Below are positions 8,738 to 17,832 of a DNA stretch of 64,000 bases, in pieces; the stretch's first letter is position 1, and each line of letters starts with the position of its first letter. The stretch lies in contig JAHILF010000066.1 in NCBI GenBank assembly GCA_018897105.1, forward strand, positions 15,021 to 79,020, read 5' to 3'. The notes under the pieces are model-generated. The model was not told the DNA's origin. It searched no databases and saw only the letters and a program-made list of their open reading frames with translations. The DNA is from Pseudomonadota bacterium (lineage in GTDB: Bacteria > Desulfobacterota > Desulfobulbia > Desulfobulbales > SURF-16). The translations under genes and the position numbers were made by a program.

Positions 8738-8811
8738 CTGTAGGAGCGGGCCTTGCCCGCGATAAATGTTTCGGTAAGCCAGAGGGTCGCGGGCAAGGCC
8801 CGCTCCTACAG
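8738..8811. repeat. Perfect 25-bp inverted repeat (CTGTAGGAGCGGGCCTTGCCCGCGA / TCGCGGGCAAGGCCCGCTCCTACAG) with a 24-nt loop
   Basis: Arms at 8738-8762 and 8787-8811 are exact reverse complements. They lie between the mqnE stop and the mqnC start. Confidence 0.85.
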
Positions 8812-8898
8812 CCCCGAGAATTTCATAGCAGCGAAGCAGCATTATTAATCCCATTAGTCTCTTTGATCATGCCGTTCGGACCAGTCAAACCAAACCAA

Positions 8899-9993
8899 CT
8901 AATACGTCTTAATCACATCGTAGAGTGTACCGCGCTGCACCGGCACCCGGCCCGCCTGCTTGATGAGCCGCACCAGCTCATCAATGGACATGGCCTGCTC
9001 GGTCTCAGCCCCGGCCATGTGGGTGATGATCTCCTCCTTCACCGTACCGTCCACATCATCGGCGCCAAAGGACAGGGCAACCTGGGCCATCTTCGGCCCG
9101 ATCATCACCCAGTAGGCCTTGATATGGGGGAAATTATCGAGAAAACAGCGGGCCACGGCCAGGCTTTTCAGATCATCAATGCCGGAGGTACGCGACAGAT
9201 CGGCCAATTGGGTGTTTTTCGGGTGAAAGGCCAAGGGGATGAAGGCCAGAAAGCCGTTGGTCTCATCCTGGGCCTGGCGCAGGGCGTCGAGATGGTCGAT
9301 TCTCTCCTCAACTGTCTCGATATGGCCATAGAGCATGGTGGCATTGGTCTTCAGCCCGAGGCGATGGGCCGTCTTGGCCACCTCCAGCCAGCCTTCGCCG
9401 GAGAGTTTGCTCTCGCAGGTCAGTTTTCTGATGCGCGGGCTGAACACCTCGGCGCCTCCGCCGGGAATGGAATCAAGACCTGCCTCCATGAGTATCTCCA
9501 GGGTGCGGTCCACCGTCTTGCCGGCAAGCTTGGCCAGATGATCGATCTCCACGCAGGTAAAGGCCTGGATATGGATGGCGGGACGTATTGCCTTTATTTC
9601 CTTAAGAAGATCCGTGTAGTAACTGAAGGGGAGATCCGGATGGATACCGCCCACCATGTGGATCTCGGTGATGGGCTCATCAATGCGCTCCCGCACCTTG
9701 CGGGCCACATCCTCCCGGGTCATCTCATAGGCCTTGTCTGAATCCTTGTCCTTGCCAAAGGCGCAGAATTTACAGAGATTGGTGCAGATATTTGAATAGT
9801 TGATATGCTGGTTGTAGATGAAGTAGGCATTATCGCCGTTTAAGCGTTCCCGGACAATATTGGCCAGATAGCCCACAGCCAGCAGATGGGGAGACTGATA
9901 GAGCCTGATGCCGTCTTCACGGCTGATCCTCTCGCTATTTTTGATTTTATGCAGGATATCGCCGAGACCTGCCTTTTCCACATAGGATTCCAT
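8899..9993 (-). CDS. mqnE: Radical SAM menaquinone enzyme, MqnE-like (aminofutalosine synthase)
   Basis: YFIYNQHINYSNICTNLCKFCAFGK. The ATG at 9991-9993 is preceded by AAGGGAG. The track start at 10014 is a TTG. The MqnE versus MqnC assignment is tentative. Confidence 0.75.
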   Translation of the reverse strand: MESYVEKAGLGDILHKIKNSERISREDGIRLYQSPHLLAVGYLANIVRERLNGDNAYFIYNQHINYSNICTNLCKFCAFGKDKDSDKAYEMTREDVARKVRERIDEPITEIHMVGGIHPDLPFSYYTDLLKEIKAIRPAIHIQAFTCVEIDHLAKLAGKTVDRTLEILMEAGLDSIPGGGAEVFSPRIRKLTCESKLSGEGWLEVAKTAHRLGLKTNATMLYGHIETVEERIDHLDALRQAQDETNGFLAFIPLAFHPKNTQLADLSRTSGIDDLKSLAVARCFLDNFPHIKAYWVMIGPKMAQVALSFGADDVDGTVKEEIITHMAGAETEQAMSIDELVRLIKQAGRVPVQRGTLYDVIKTY

Positions 9994-10051
9994 GAAATGA
10001 TCGCTCCCTTGCAAGTTTTGCTGCGTATGCCAGCACCACGCAACGTATTTG

Positions 10052-10858
10052 TCAAACCACTCGATTCCCGCTGTTGCCGTAAACGGCCAGTCCTTCTTTC
10101 AAGACCTGCAGAATCAACTTTACCTGGACCAGCAACTCCTCTCTGTTGATCTGCCCAAGATCAAGATCACGGTCAAGAGCGCCCTGGGCATAACTCTGCA
10201 GAAATCTATCAAGTGTGGCGTCCAAAATAAAAATAACCACAGCCAGGGGAATGTCGCTGCGTATGGCACCGCTCTTCTGCCCTGCCTGGCACAGCGGCCC
10301 GAAATATTCCCGGGAAAAAAGCCGCACCTGGGCCAGCAGCTTCTCCCGCATGGGCACATCCTGTTCAAAAAGCACCCTGAGATAGATCTGGAAATAATCA
10401 GGATGGCGGTCAATAAATTCAATGCCGGCCAGCAGCACCCTGCCGACCTGGCTGAAAAAATCATGCTCCGGGCCGGCTCCCACAACACATGAGCGTCCCT
10501 GCGCGGCCGTCGTGCTTTCGCCATCCCTGGCTCGCACGATACTTGAACGTCCCTGTTCGGCGGTCGCGCTTTCGCCTTCCCTGGCTCGCGCGACATTTGA
10601 GCGTCCCTGCTCTGCAACCGCTTTTTTTACCAGCAGTGTAAATCGTTCAAAAATAAAAACAAAGAGTACTTCCTTATTGTGAAAGTACTGATAGAGTGAT
10701 CCCTTGGAAATGCCCGCATCCCTGACAATGGTGTTGATGCTTGCTTTTTTATAGCCATGCCGGGAAAATTCCCTGACCGCGGCGGCAACGATTTTTTCCT
10801 GTTTTTCCACAGGCAGGTTGCTGAATGTCGTTCTTGCCAGTTGCTGTAAGTTTTCCAT
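10052..10858 (-). CDS. TetR/AcrR-family transcriptional regulator containing an internal tandem repeat insertion
   Basis: N-terminal HTH: AAAVREFSRHGYKKASINTIVRDAGISKGSLYQYF. The repeat AEQGRSNVARAREGESAT / AEQGRSSIVRARDGESTT / AAQGRS.. lies between the HTH and the effector domain. Confidence 0.85.
   Translation of the reverse strand: MENLQQLARTTFSNLPVEKQEKIVAAAVREFSRHGYKKASINTIVRDAGISKGSLYQYFHNKEVLFVFIFERFTLLVKKAVAEQGRSNVARAREGESATAEQGRSSIVRARDGESTTAAQGRSCVVGAGPEHDFFSQVGRVLLAGIEFIDRHPDYFQIYLRVLFEQDVPMREKLLAQVRLFSREYFGPLCQAGQKSGAIRSDIPLAVVIFILDATLDRFLQSYAQGALDRDLDLGQINREELLVQVKLILQVLKEGLAVYGNSGNRVV
10491..10621. repeat. About 2.4 copies of a 54-bp tandem repeat inside the TetR coding sequence
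   Basis: Units at 10491-10544, 10545-10598 and a partial one at 10599-10621. The period is divisible by 3 and the reading frame is kept. Confidence 0.85.
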
Positions 10859-10880
10859 AATATGACCAGGTGGTCATATT
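10859..10880. promoter_or_regulatory. Perfect 10-2-10 palindrome AATATGACCA-GG-TGGTCATATT, candidate TetR operator
   Basis: It starts at the base next to the TetR start codon, in the divergent TetR/arnB intergenic region. Confidence 0.55.
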
Positions 10881-10989
10881 AGTGCGGAAAAAAAAATGCG
10901 CAATAAAAAAAATTTCATCTTTTCTTCATAAATATGATGTATAAAAGCCAGGTTCTGATTTAATATCCAATTTTTCCAGGGAAATAGTC

Positions 10990-12141
10990 ATGCGAGAAAG
11001 CTTTCTCCCCTTTTCCAAACCTTCCATCAGCGAAGAGGAAATCGCCGCCGTTGCCCAGGTGCTGCGCTCCGGCTGGATTACCACCGGGCCGAAGACCTCC
11101 GAATTCGAGGAGTCGTTTGCCCGTTACTGCGGGGCCGGGGCCGGGGTGGCCCTCTGCTCGGCCACCGCCGGCATGCATCTTCTCTTAAAAGCCCTGAACA
11201 TCGGCCCTGGGGATGAGGTGATCACCCCTTCCATGACCTGGGTTTCCACCGTCAATATGATTGTCCTCTGCGGCGCCACCCCGGTCTTTGCCGATATCGA
11301 CCGTGACAATCTGATGGTAACAGCTCAGCACATTGAACGCTGCATCACGGAGCGCACCAGACTTATCGTGCCGGTTCATTTTGCCGGGGCGGCGGCGGAT
11401 ATGGACCCCATCCGCCGCCTTTGCGCGGAAAAATCAATTACCTTGGCCGAAGATGCCGCCCATGCTGCCGGCACCGAGTATAAACAGCGAAAAATCGGCG
11501 CAATCGGCACAACAATTTTTTCCTTTCATCCCATCAAGAACATCACCACCGGTGAAGGCGGCATGTTCTGTTCGGATGACTCGGTTCTGCTTGATGCCAT
11601 CCGCCGCCTGAAATTTCATGGGCTTGGCGTTGACGCCTATGACAGAAAGAGCCAGGGTCGTAGCCCCCAGTCCGAGGTCCTGGAGCCGGGTTACAAGTAC
11701 AACCTCACCGATATTGCCTCGGTCCTCGGGATCGGTCAGCTCAAACGGCTGGATGATTTCATTGCCAGACGGGCCGAACTTGCCGCCCGTTACCACCAGC
11801 TGCTGGCAGAGGTGGATGAGATCCTGCCCCTTGCCGTGCCGGACTATGACATGCGTCATGCCTGGCATCTCTTTATTGTCCGCCTGGACACCGAGCGGGC
11901 CGGCATGAGCCGCAATAGCTTTATGGAAGAACTGAAAAAGAAAAACATCGGCACAGGCATCCATTTCCTGGCCGCCCACACCCAGAAATACTACCGCGAG
12001 TCCCGCAAAGATCTGCTGGGCACCTTGCCCGCCACGGAATGGAATTCCGAGAGAATCTGCTCCCTGCCCCTTTTCCCGGCAATGACCGAGGAGGATGTTG
12101 ATGATGTTGTGCAGGCAGTAAAGGAGGTCCTGAGAAAATGA
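10990..12141 (+). CDS. arnB: UDP-4-amino-4-deoxy-L-arabinose aminotransferase (DegT/DnrJ/EryC1 family)
   Basis: [17 protein letters not shown]..., [15 protein letters not shown]. Operon context with arnC/A/D/T. Confidence 0.9.
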   Translation: MRESFLPFSKPSISEEEIAAVAQVLRSGWITTGPKTSEFEESFARYCGAGAGVALCSATAGMHLLLKALNIGPGDEVITPSMTWVSTVNMIVLCGATPVFADIDRDNLMVTAQHIERCITERTRLIVPVHFAGAAADMDPIRRLCAEKSITLAEDAAHAAGTEYKQRKIGAIGTTIFSFHPIKNITTGEGGMFCSDDSVLLDAIRRLKFHGLGVDAYDRKSQGRSPQSEVLEPGYKYNLTDIASVLGIGQLKRLDDFIARRAELAARYHQLLAEVDEILPLAVPDYDMRHAWHLFIVRLDTERAGMSRNSFMEELKKKNIGTGIHFLAAHTQKYYRESRKDLLGTLPATEWNSERICSLPLFPAMTEEDVDDVVQAVKEVLRK

Positions 12142-13130
12142 GCAACCCGGCTTTTTCCGTGGTTATTCCTGTTTATAACGAATCAGCCTGTCTCGATGAG
12201 CTGATCAGCCGCTGTCTGGCCTCCTGCCGCAGCACCGGGGAGTCCTTTGAACTGATCCTGATTGATGACGGCAGCCGGGACGGCTCCACCGAGATGATCA
12301 GCCGGGCGGCGGACCAGCATGCGGAAGTGGTCGGTGTGCTGCTTAACCGTAATTACGGACAGCATGCCGCGGTCTTTGCCGGTTTCCGGCAGAGCCTGGG
12401 ACCGATCGTTATCACCCTGGATGCCGATCTGCAGAACCCGCCGGAAGAGATACCCAAGCTGCTGCAGACCATGAACAAGGGCTATGACGTGGTGGGCACG
12501 GTACGGGTCAACCGCCAGGACAGCCTGTTTCGCAAGGCGGCCTCGGCCGTGGTCAACAAGGCGGTCCGCCAGGCCACCGGGGTGATGATGCACGATTACG
12601 GCTGCATGCTGCGGGCCTATCGCCGTCACATTGTCAATGCCATGCTGCAGTGCCGAGAGCATTCCACCTTCATCCCCATCCTGGCCAACAGTTTTGCCAG
12701 GAAAACCACCGAGATAGAGGTGCGCCACGCGGAACGGACCAAGGGTGAGTCCAAATACAGCCTGTTCAAACTCATCTCCCTGCAGTACGACCTGCTCACC
12801 TCCATGTCCACCTTTCCCCTGCGCCTGCTCTCCCTGATGGGCACAATCATTGCCGCCTGCGGGGTGGGCTTCGGCCTCTTTCTTATGATCATGCGTATTT
12901 ATTATGGCGCCACCTGGGCCGCGGAAGGTGTCTTTACCCTTTTTTCCGCCCTCTTTGTCCTGATCGGCGCCCTCTATCTTGCCCTGGGTCTCATGGGTGA
13001 GTATATCGGCCGCATCTACCATGACGTGCGCAGCAGGCCCCGCTATTTCATCCAGGAGGTGCGGGGCGGCAGCAATCTTGAGCACGCCGAAAACATGATT
13101 CATGCCGAATCCATCAGCAATCACCCCTAA
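12138..13130 (+). CDS. arnC: Undecaprenyl-phosphate 4-deoxy-4-formamido-L-arabinose transferase (GT2)
   Basis: [19 protein letters not shown] and [11 protein letters not shown], with C-terminal TM helices. ATGA overlap with arnB. Confidence 0.9.
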   Translation: MSNPAFSVVIPVYNESACLDELISRCLASCRSTGESFELILIDDGSRDGSTEMISRAADQHAEVVGVLLNRNYGQHAAVFAGFRQSLGPIVITLDADLQNPPEEIPKLLQTMNKGYDVVGTVRVNRQDSLFRKAASAVVNKAVRQATGVMMHDYGCMLRAYRRHIVNAMLQCREHSTFIPILANSFARKTTEIEVRHAERTKGESKYSLFKLISLQYDLLTSMSTFPLRLLSLMGTIIAACGVGFGLFLMIMRIYYGATWAAEGVFTLFSALFVLIGALYLALGLMGEYIGRIYHDVRSRPRYFIQEVRGGSNLEHAENMIHAESISNHP

Positions 13131-13230
13131 CCGGGGCTCAGTCACATTTTGGCACTGAACCCTCATAACTACGGTAAAAAACAGAACCGCATTTCCCTCT
13201 TCCTTTAACTGCATCCATCGGAGTTTTATC

Positions 13231-15216
13231 ATGAAAGCAATCGTTCTTGCCTATCACAACATAGGCTGCGCCGGTATCAGGGCGCTGCTGGCCAATGGTT
13301 ATGACATCCAGGCCGTGTTCACCCACCCTGATGACCCAAAAGAAAATCAATGGTTTGAATCGGTGGCCGAGCTTGCCGCAGAAAAAAACCTGACCGTCTT
13401 TGCCCCGGAAAACATCAACCATCCCCTGTGGGTGGAACGGTTCAAAAAATTTCAACCTGACATTATTTTCTCTTTTTATTACCGCAACATGGTCGGGCCG
13501 GCTATCCTGTCCATCCCCAAGGCGGGCTGCCTGAATCTGCACGGCTCCCTGCTGCCCCGCTACCGTGGTCGCTGCCCGGTCAACTGGGCGCTCATTCATG
13601 GTGAAAAAGAGACCGGCGTCACCTTGCATTACATGACCCCCAAGCCTGACGACGGCGATATTATCGGACAAAAAAAGGTCGACATCACCATTGAGGACAC
13701 CGCTCTCACCCTGCACAGCAAAATGACGGTTGCCGCAATCTCGCTGCTGAACGAGGTGCTGCCCGCCGTCAGGGAAGGCAATGCCACGCGCACCCCCCAG
13801 GATCACCAGCTGGCCAGCTACTTCGGCGGCCGCAAGCCGGATAACGGCGAGATTGACTGGGACAGGCAGGCTACGGAAGTCCATAACCTGGTGCGGGCAG
13901 TGACCCGGCCCTATCCAGGCGCCTTCAGTTATCTCCGCAATCGCAAATGCTTCTTCTGGTCGGTAATTCCCGTGGAAAACAATGATGAGATCATTCCCGG
14001 TACGGTCATATCCAGTGATCCCCTGGTGGTCCGCTGCGCTGGTGGGGCGATCCAGGTGCAGGCCGGACAGAGCGAGGGCGGTGTTTATGTCAGCGGCGCA
14101 CAGCTTGCCGCCGAGTTGAACCTGGTGCCTGGTCTACGTTTCAGCAGAAAAATCGCCAGCGAGATCGAGCTCAAACGTAAAAAAACCGTGCTCATCCTCG
14201 GCGTTGACGGCTTTATCGGCAACCACCTGAGTGAGCATCTGCTGGACAGCGGCAAATACGAGGTGCATGGTATGGATCTCGGTTCATCGTCCATCAAGAG
14301 ACTGCTCAACCGTCCCGGTTTCCACTTCAGTGAAGGCGATATCTCCATTCATCGGGAGTGGATCGAGTACCATGTGCGCAAGTGCGACATCGTCCTGCCC
14401 CTGGTGGCCATTGCCACCCCGGCCGAATATGTCCGCAATCCCCTGCGCGTTTTTGAGCTGGATTTTGAGGAAAACCTGCGTATCGTCCGCTACTGCCACA
14501 AATACAACAAACGCATCCTCTTTCCCTCCACCTCGGAGGTCTACGGCATGTCCCAGGACCCGGAGTTTAATGAGGAGACCTCCAACTTCGTCTTGGGCCC
14601 CATTCACAAGCAGCGTTGGATCTACTCGTGCAGTAAACAGATGCTGGACCGCGTCATCTGGGCCTACGGCGCCACCAAGGGGCTGCAGTTCACCCTGTTC
14701 AGGCCCTTCAACTGGGTTGGACCCCGGCTGGACAGTCTCATGTCAGCCCGCATCGGCAGCTCCAGGGTCATCACCCAGCTGATCCTCAATCTGGTGGAGG
14801 GCACCCCCATCAGGCTGGTGGATGGCGGCAGCCAGCGGCGCTGTTTCACCGACGTGAAGGACGGGGTTGAATGTCTGTTCCGCATCATCGAGAACAAGAA
14901 TAACTGCTGCGATTCCAAGATATTTAATATCGGCAACCCGATCAACGAGGCCAGCATCAGTGAGCTGGCCAATATCCTGGTGGAGAAATTCGAGAAACAT
15001 CCCCTGCGTTCCAAGTTCCCGCCCTTTGCCGGTATCCGTTCCATCGAGGCACGGGCATTCTACGGGTCAGGCTATGAGGATGTTCAGCACCGCCGTCCGT
15101 CAATCCGTCAGGCAAACCGACTGCTGGGCTGGCAGCCGACCGTGCCTCTGGAACAATCCATTGAAGAAACCCTGGATTATTTTCTGAGTCACGAAACCGG
15201 ACAAAGCGGCCTGTGA
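13231..15216 (+). CDS. arnA: Bifunctional UDP-glucuronate decarboxylase / UDP-Ara4N formyltransferase
   Basis: N-terminal formyltransferase ([17 protein letters not shown]) plus a C-terminal SDR ([18 protein letters not shown]). 661 aa. Confidence 0.92.
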   Translation: MKAIVLAYHNIGCAGIRALLANGYDIQAVFTHPDDPKENQWFESVAELAAEKNLTVFAPENINHPLWVERFKKFQPDIIFSFYYRNMVGPAILSIPKAGCLNLHGSLLPRYRGRCPVNWALIHGEKETGVTLHYMTPKPDDGDIIGQKKVDITIEDTALTLHSKMTVAAISLLNEVLPAVREGNATRTPQDHQLASYFGGRKPDNGEIDWDRQATEVHNLVRAVTRPYPGAFSYLRNRKCFFWSVIPVENNDEIIPGTVISSDPLVVRCAGGAIQVQAGQSEGGVYVSGAQLAAELNLVPGLRFSRKIASEIELKRKKTVLILGVDGFIGNHLSEHLLDSGKYEVHGMDLGSSSIKRLLNRPGFHFSEGDISIHREWIEYHVRKCDIVLPLVAIATPAEYVRNPLRVFELDFEENLRIVRYCHKYNKRILFPSTSEVYGMSQDPEFNEETSNFVLGPIHKQRWIYSCSKQMLDRVIWAYGATKGLQFTLFRPFNWVGPRLDSLMSARIGSSRVITQLILNLVEGTPIRLVDGGSQRRCFTDVKDGVECLFRIIENKNNCCDSKIFNIGNPINEASISELANILVEKFEKHPLRSKFPPFAGIRSIEARAFYGSGYEDVQHRRPSIRQANRLLGWQPTVPLEQSIEETLDYFLSHETGQSGL

Positions 15217-16118
15217 TTGCACAAAACACCAGCGCAGGGCTTCGCATAGATGTGGATACCCTGCGCGGCACCAAAATCGGCGTACCGTCTCTTTTGTCCA
15301 TGCTGGAGCAACACGGCATCAAGGCCACCTTTTTTTTCTCCGTGGGGCCCGACAACATGGGCCGTCACCTGTGGCGGCTCCTGCGCCCCACCTTTCTGCT
15401 CAAGATGCTGCGCAGCAAGGCGGCAAGCCTCTACGGCTGGGATATCCTGTTTAAGGGGACCCTGTGGCCCGGACCGCTGATCGGCAGAAGAGCTGCGGCG
15501 GAAATCCGCCAGGCCGCGGCAGCAGGCCATGAAATCGGCCTGCACGCCTGGGACCATCATCGCTGGCAGACCAAAATCGCTGACCTTTCCCAACAGGAGG
15601 TGCTGCAGGATCTTAAAAGCGGCATGCATCTGCTGGCGGAAATCATTGAACGCCCTGTGGACTGCAGCGCGGCGCCGGCCTGGCGCATTACCCCTGCTGC
15701 GCTGAGGGCCCGGGACAAATTCCCCAGCCGTTACAACTCAGACTGCCGGGGCCTTTCCATCTTTTATCCACTGACCGATGAAGGCCCTCTCAGCCAGCCG
15801 CAGGTTCCGGCAACCCTGCCCACCTATGATGAGCTGATCGGCAGAAACGGTATTGACGCCCATAATTACAACGATCACCTGCTCAGCCTGTTCAAGCCGG
15901 AAGAGCTCAATGTCCTCACCATTCACGCCGAGGCCGAAGGGGGGGCATGCCGTGCCATGTTTGCCGATTTTCTGGGAAAGGCACGGGCGAAAAAAATTAA
16001 CTTTCAGCCCTTAGGCGATCTGCTGGCCGGCTGCCCGAAAATTACTGAAGAGAGAATCATCACTACCCGGATGGAGGGACGTGAGGGCTGGATCTCCTGC
16101 CAGGAGCAATGCGACTGA
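15213..16118 (+). CDS. arnD: 4-deoxy-4-formamido-L-arabinose-phosphoundecaprenol deformylase (polysaccharide deacetylase family)
   Basis: [32 protein letters not shown] overlap with arnA. Confidence 0.85.
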   Translation: MIAQNTSAGLRIDVDTLRGTKIGVPSLLSMLEQHGIKATFFFSVGPDNMGRHLWRLLRPTFLLKMLRSKAASLYGWDILFKGTLWPGPLIGRRAAAEIRQAAAAGHEIGLHAWDHHRWQTKIADLSQQEVLQDLKSGMHLLAEIIERPVDCSAAPAWRITPAALRARDKFPSRYNSDCRGLSIFYPLTDEGPLSQPQVPATLPTYDELIGRNGIDAHNYNDHLLSLFKPEELNVLTIHAEAEGGACRAMFADFLGKARAKKINFQPLGDLLAGCPKITEERIITTRMEGREGWISCQEQCD

Positions 16119-16119
16119 C

Positions 16120-17832
16120 ATGTCAGACAGCCACGCACCCTCGCTTGCCGAAAGTCCCCTTTTCCCCCTGTATCTTTCGCTAGGGACTTTTCTTGCCTAT
16201 ATCTGGGCAACGCCCCTGCGCGATCTTTTCGGTCTTGAGACGAGAAACGGCCTGTTTACCAAAATCATGGTCAGCGACGGACCGAGCCTCATCCCCACCG
16301 TCATGGGCACCCCCTATGCGGATTACCCGCCCCTCTACTTCTGGTGCTCCTGGCTTTTTTCCCTGCCGACAGGCCAGGTGACCACGGTTTCGCTGGTGCT
16401 GCCCAGCGCCTTTGGAGCCGCTGTCATGGTCGCCATCACCTTCATGCTGGCCAAAAAAATCAGCGTGCAGACGGCACTCATTGCCGCCCTTGCCCTGGCC
16501 ACCTGTCCCGATTACTGGCTGAAGGCCGGGCGGGCCACTATTGATATGCTGCTGGCCCTCTGGGTGAGTCTTGCCATCTTTTTTCTCTATCTCCGTTATC
16601 ACCGACCAGCTGCAGCGTCCGGTAGAGCGGCGGAGGTCGCCGCATTTTTCATGATGTTGCTGGCCTTTTTCACCAAGGGACCGGTGGGGCTGGTGCTGCC
16701 TGTGGGCATATGGGCCACGTTCCTCATCTGCGAAAAAAAATGGCGTCTTCTGCTCTCTTTTGCCATGAAATCGTTGATGTTGGCTGCAACCTGCATTGGT
16801 ATTGATTTCTTACTCCTGTGGCAATCCGGCGGCAGCGAGCTGATCAGGAAAGTATTTGAAGCGCAGCTGGCTGGCAGGGTGGGCGATGAAGCCAATGAAC
16901 CCGTCTATTATTATCTCATCTATCTGCTCTCAGGCGCCGCCCCCTGGTGGATCCCGGCCTGTTTCGGCTTTTTCCGGGCCGGTAGGCAGGATAGCAGGAG
17001 CATTTCCGGCAGAACCTTCCTGGCAAACCTCTTTTCCCAGGAAGCCATGCGGCTGGCCGCCTGCTGGTTGCTCTTTGTTCTTGCCCTGTTTTCCGCGGCC
17101 TCCACCCGGCACAGCCGTTACCTGCTGCCCCTGTTTCCCGCCCTTTTTCTGCTCATCGGCCGAGGAATTGAGCTTTTTGTGGAACACAGCAGCCTGCTGC
17201 GCAAACAGGGCTGCGCATCAGTATTCAGATATCTTTTTTTTCTGCTTATGGCGGCATGGACGGTGATGTATATAGCAGCGCCGCTGTCCTATCGTCCTCC
17301 GATTTTTTTCTGGCTGATATGGTTGGTCTGCTCCATCCTCATCTACGTTATGGTCGGTAAAACCGGGCAGAGCCTTCGTGCCATCAGCCTTGCCCTGCTC
17401 TGTGTCGGCAGCACCATGGCCGCAGAGTCCATGCTGGTTGAACCCTGGATTTCGCATCGGGAGTCGGGCCGCGACTTTATCCGGCAAACCGAGGCGGAAA
17501 TTGGGCCAACCATCCCGGTTGTGCTCTATAAAATCCACCCGGACGGCGACGGCCTCAAATATGCCCTTTACAGCAGCAGACGCTCCGAGGCCCTTTCCTT
17601 TACGGATACTCCCGCAGAGCTCAACAGCCAGCCGCTGCCTTATGTGCTGATAGCGTTCGACAAAACGATAAATGAACTGGCAATGCCTGGTCAGAGCAAA
17701 GCAATGAAAGTGCTCGCCCAAGGCCTTGTGCACCGAAAAAAAATCACCTCCTGGCTGATCGGGGAAAAGAAACAGAACATCCAGCCTGAGCAGAAGCTGG
17801 GCGGCGCACCTGCCCTGGACAATGGGTATTAA
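16120..17832 (+). CDS. GT39/ArnT-like polytopic glycosyltransferase (paralogue 1)
   Basis: About 12 TM segments, with TPYADYPPLYFW near the N-terminus. The ATG at 16120 lies just after the arnD stop. Confidence 0.7.
   Translation: MSDSHAPSLAESPLFPLYLSLGTFLAYIWATPLRDLFGLETRNGLFTKIMVSDGPSLIPTVMGTPYADYPPLYFWCSWLFSLPTGQVTTVSLVLPSAFGAAVMVAITFMLAKKISVQTALIAALALATCPDYWLKAGRATIDMLLALWVSLAIFFLYLRYHRPAAASGRAAEVAAFFMMLLAFFTKGPVGLVLPVGIWATFLICEKKWRLLLSFAMKSLMLAATCIGIDFLLLWQSGGSELIRKVFEAQLAGRVGDEANEPVYYYLIYLLSGAAPWWIPACFGFFRAGRQDSRSISGRTFLANLFSQEAMRLAACWLLFVLALFSAASTRHSRYLLPLFPALFLLIGRGIELFVEHSSLLRKQGCASVFRYLFFLLMAAWTVMYIAAPLSYRPPIFFWLIWLVCSILIYVMVGKTGQSLRAISLALLCVGSTMAAESMLVEPWISHRESGRDFIRQTEAEIGPTIPVVLYKIHPDGDGLKYALYSSRRSEALSFTDTPAELNSQPLPYVLIAFDKTINELAMPGQSKAMKVLAQGLVHRKKITSWLIGEKKQNIQPEQKLGGAPALDNGY

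Noticed and set aside
7601-8854. N-terminal extensions offered by the ORF track (7601-8854, 2478-3488, 5588-6451, 30141-30611, 37723-38766, 54421-54987, 26899-28875).
   Set aside because: The extensions run through repeats or the preceding gene. They lack homology-like sequence, and internal ATGs with SD-like elements give N-termini matching the family (for example [12 protein letters not shown] for SSB and MRFLVVDD for CheY).
10951-10980. A PmrA-type direct repeat (YTTAAK-N5-YTTAAK) upstream of arnB.
   Set aside because: Only one half-site (TTTAAT) is convincing. The second is 3/6, and the pair would lie about 25 nt from the start codon, too close for an activator site.
12183-13232. Long ORFs antisense to well-supported genes (for example 12183-13232, 13138-13884, 31544-32269, 33513-35408, 58900-60123, 60772-61557, 47319-47951, 48126-48842).
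   Set aside because: They lie entirely opposite genes with clear family motifs. They have low-complexity, Arg/Gly/Pro-rich translations typical of shadow frames in GC-rich coding DNA, and they lack recognisable domains.
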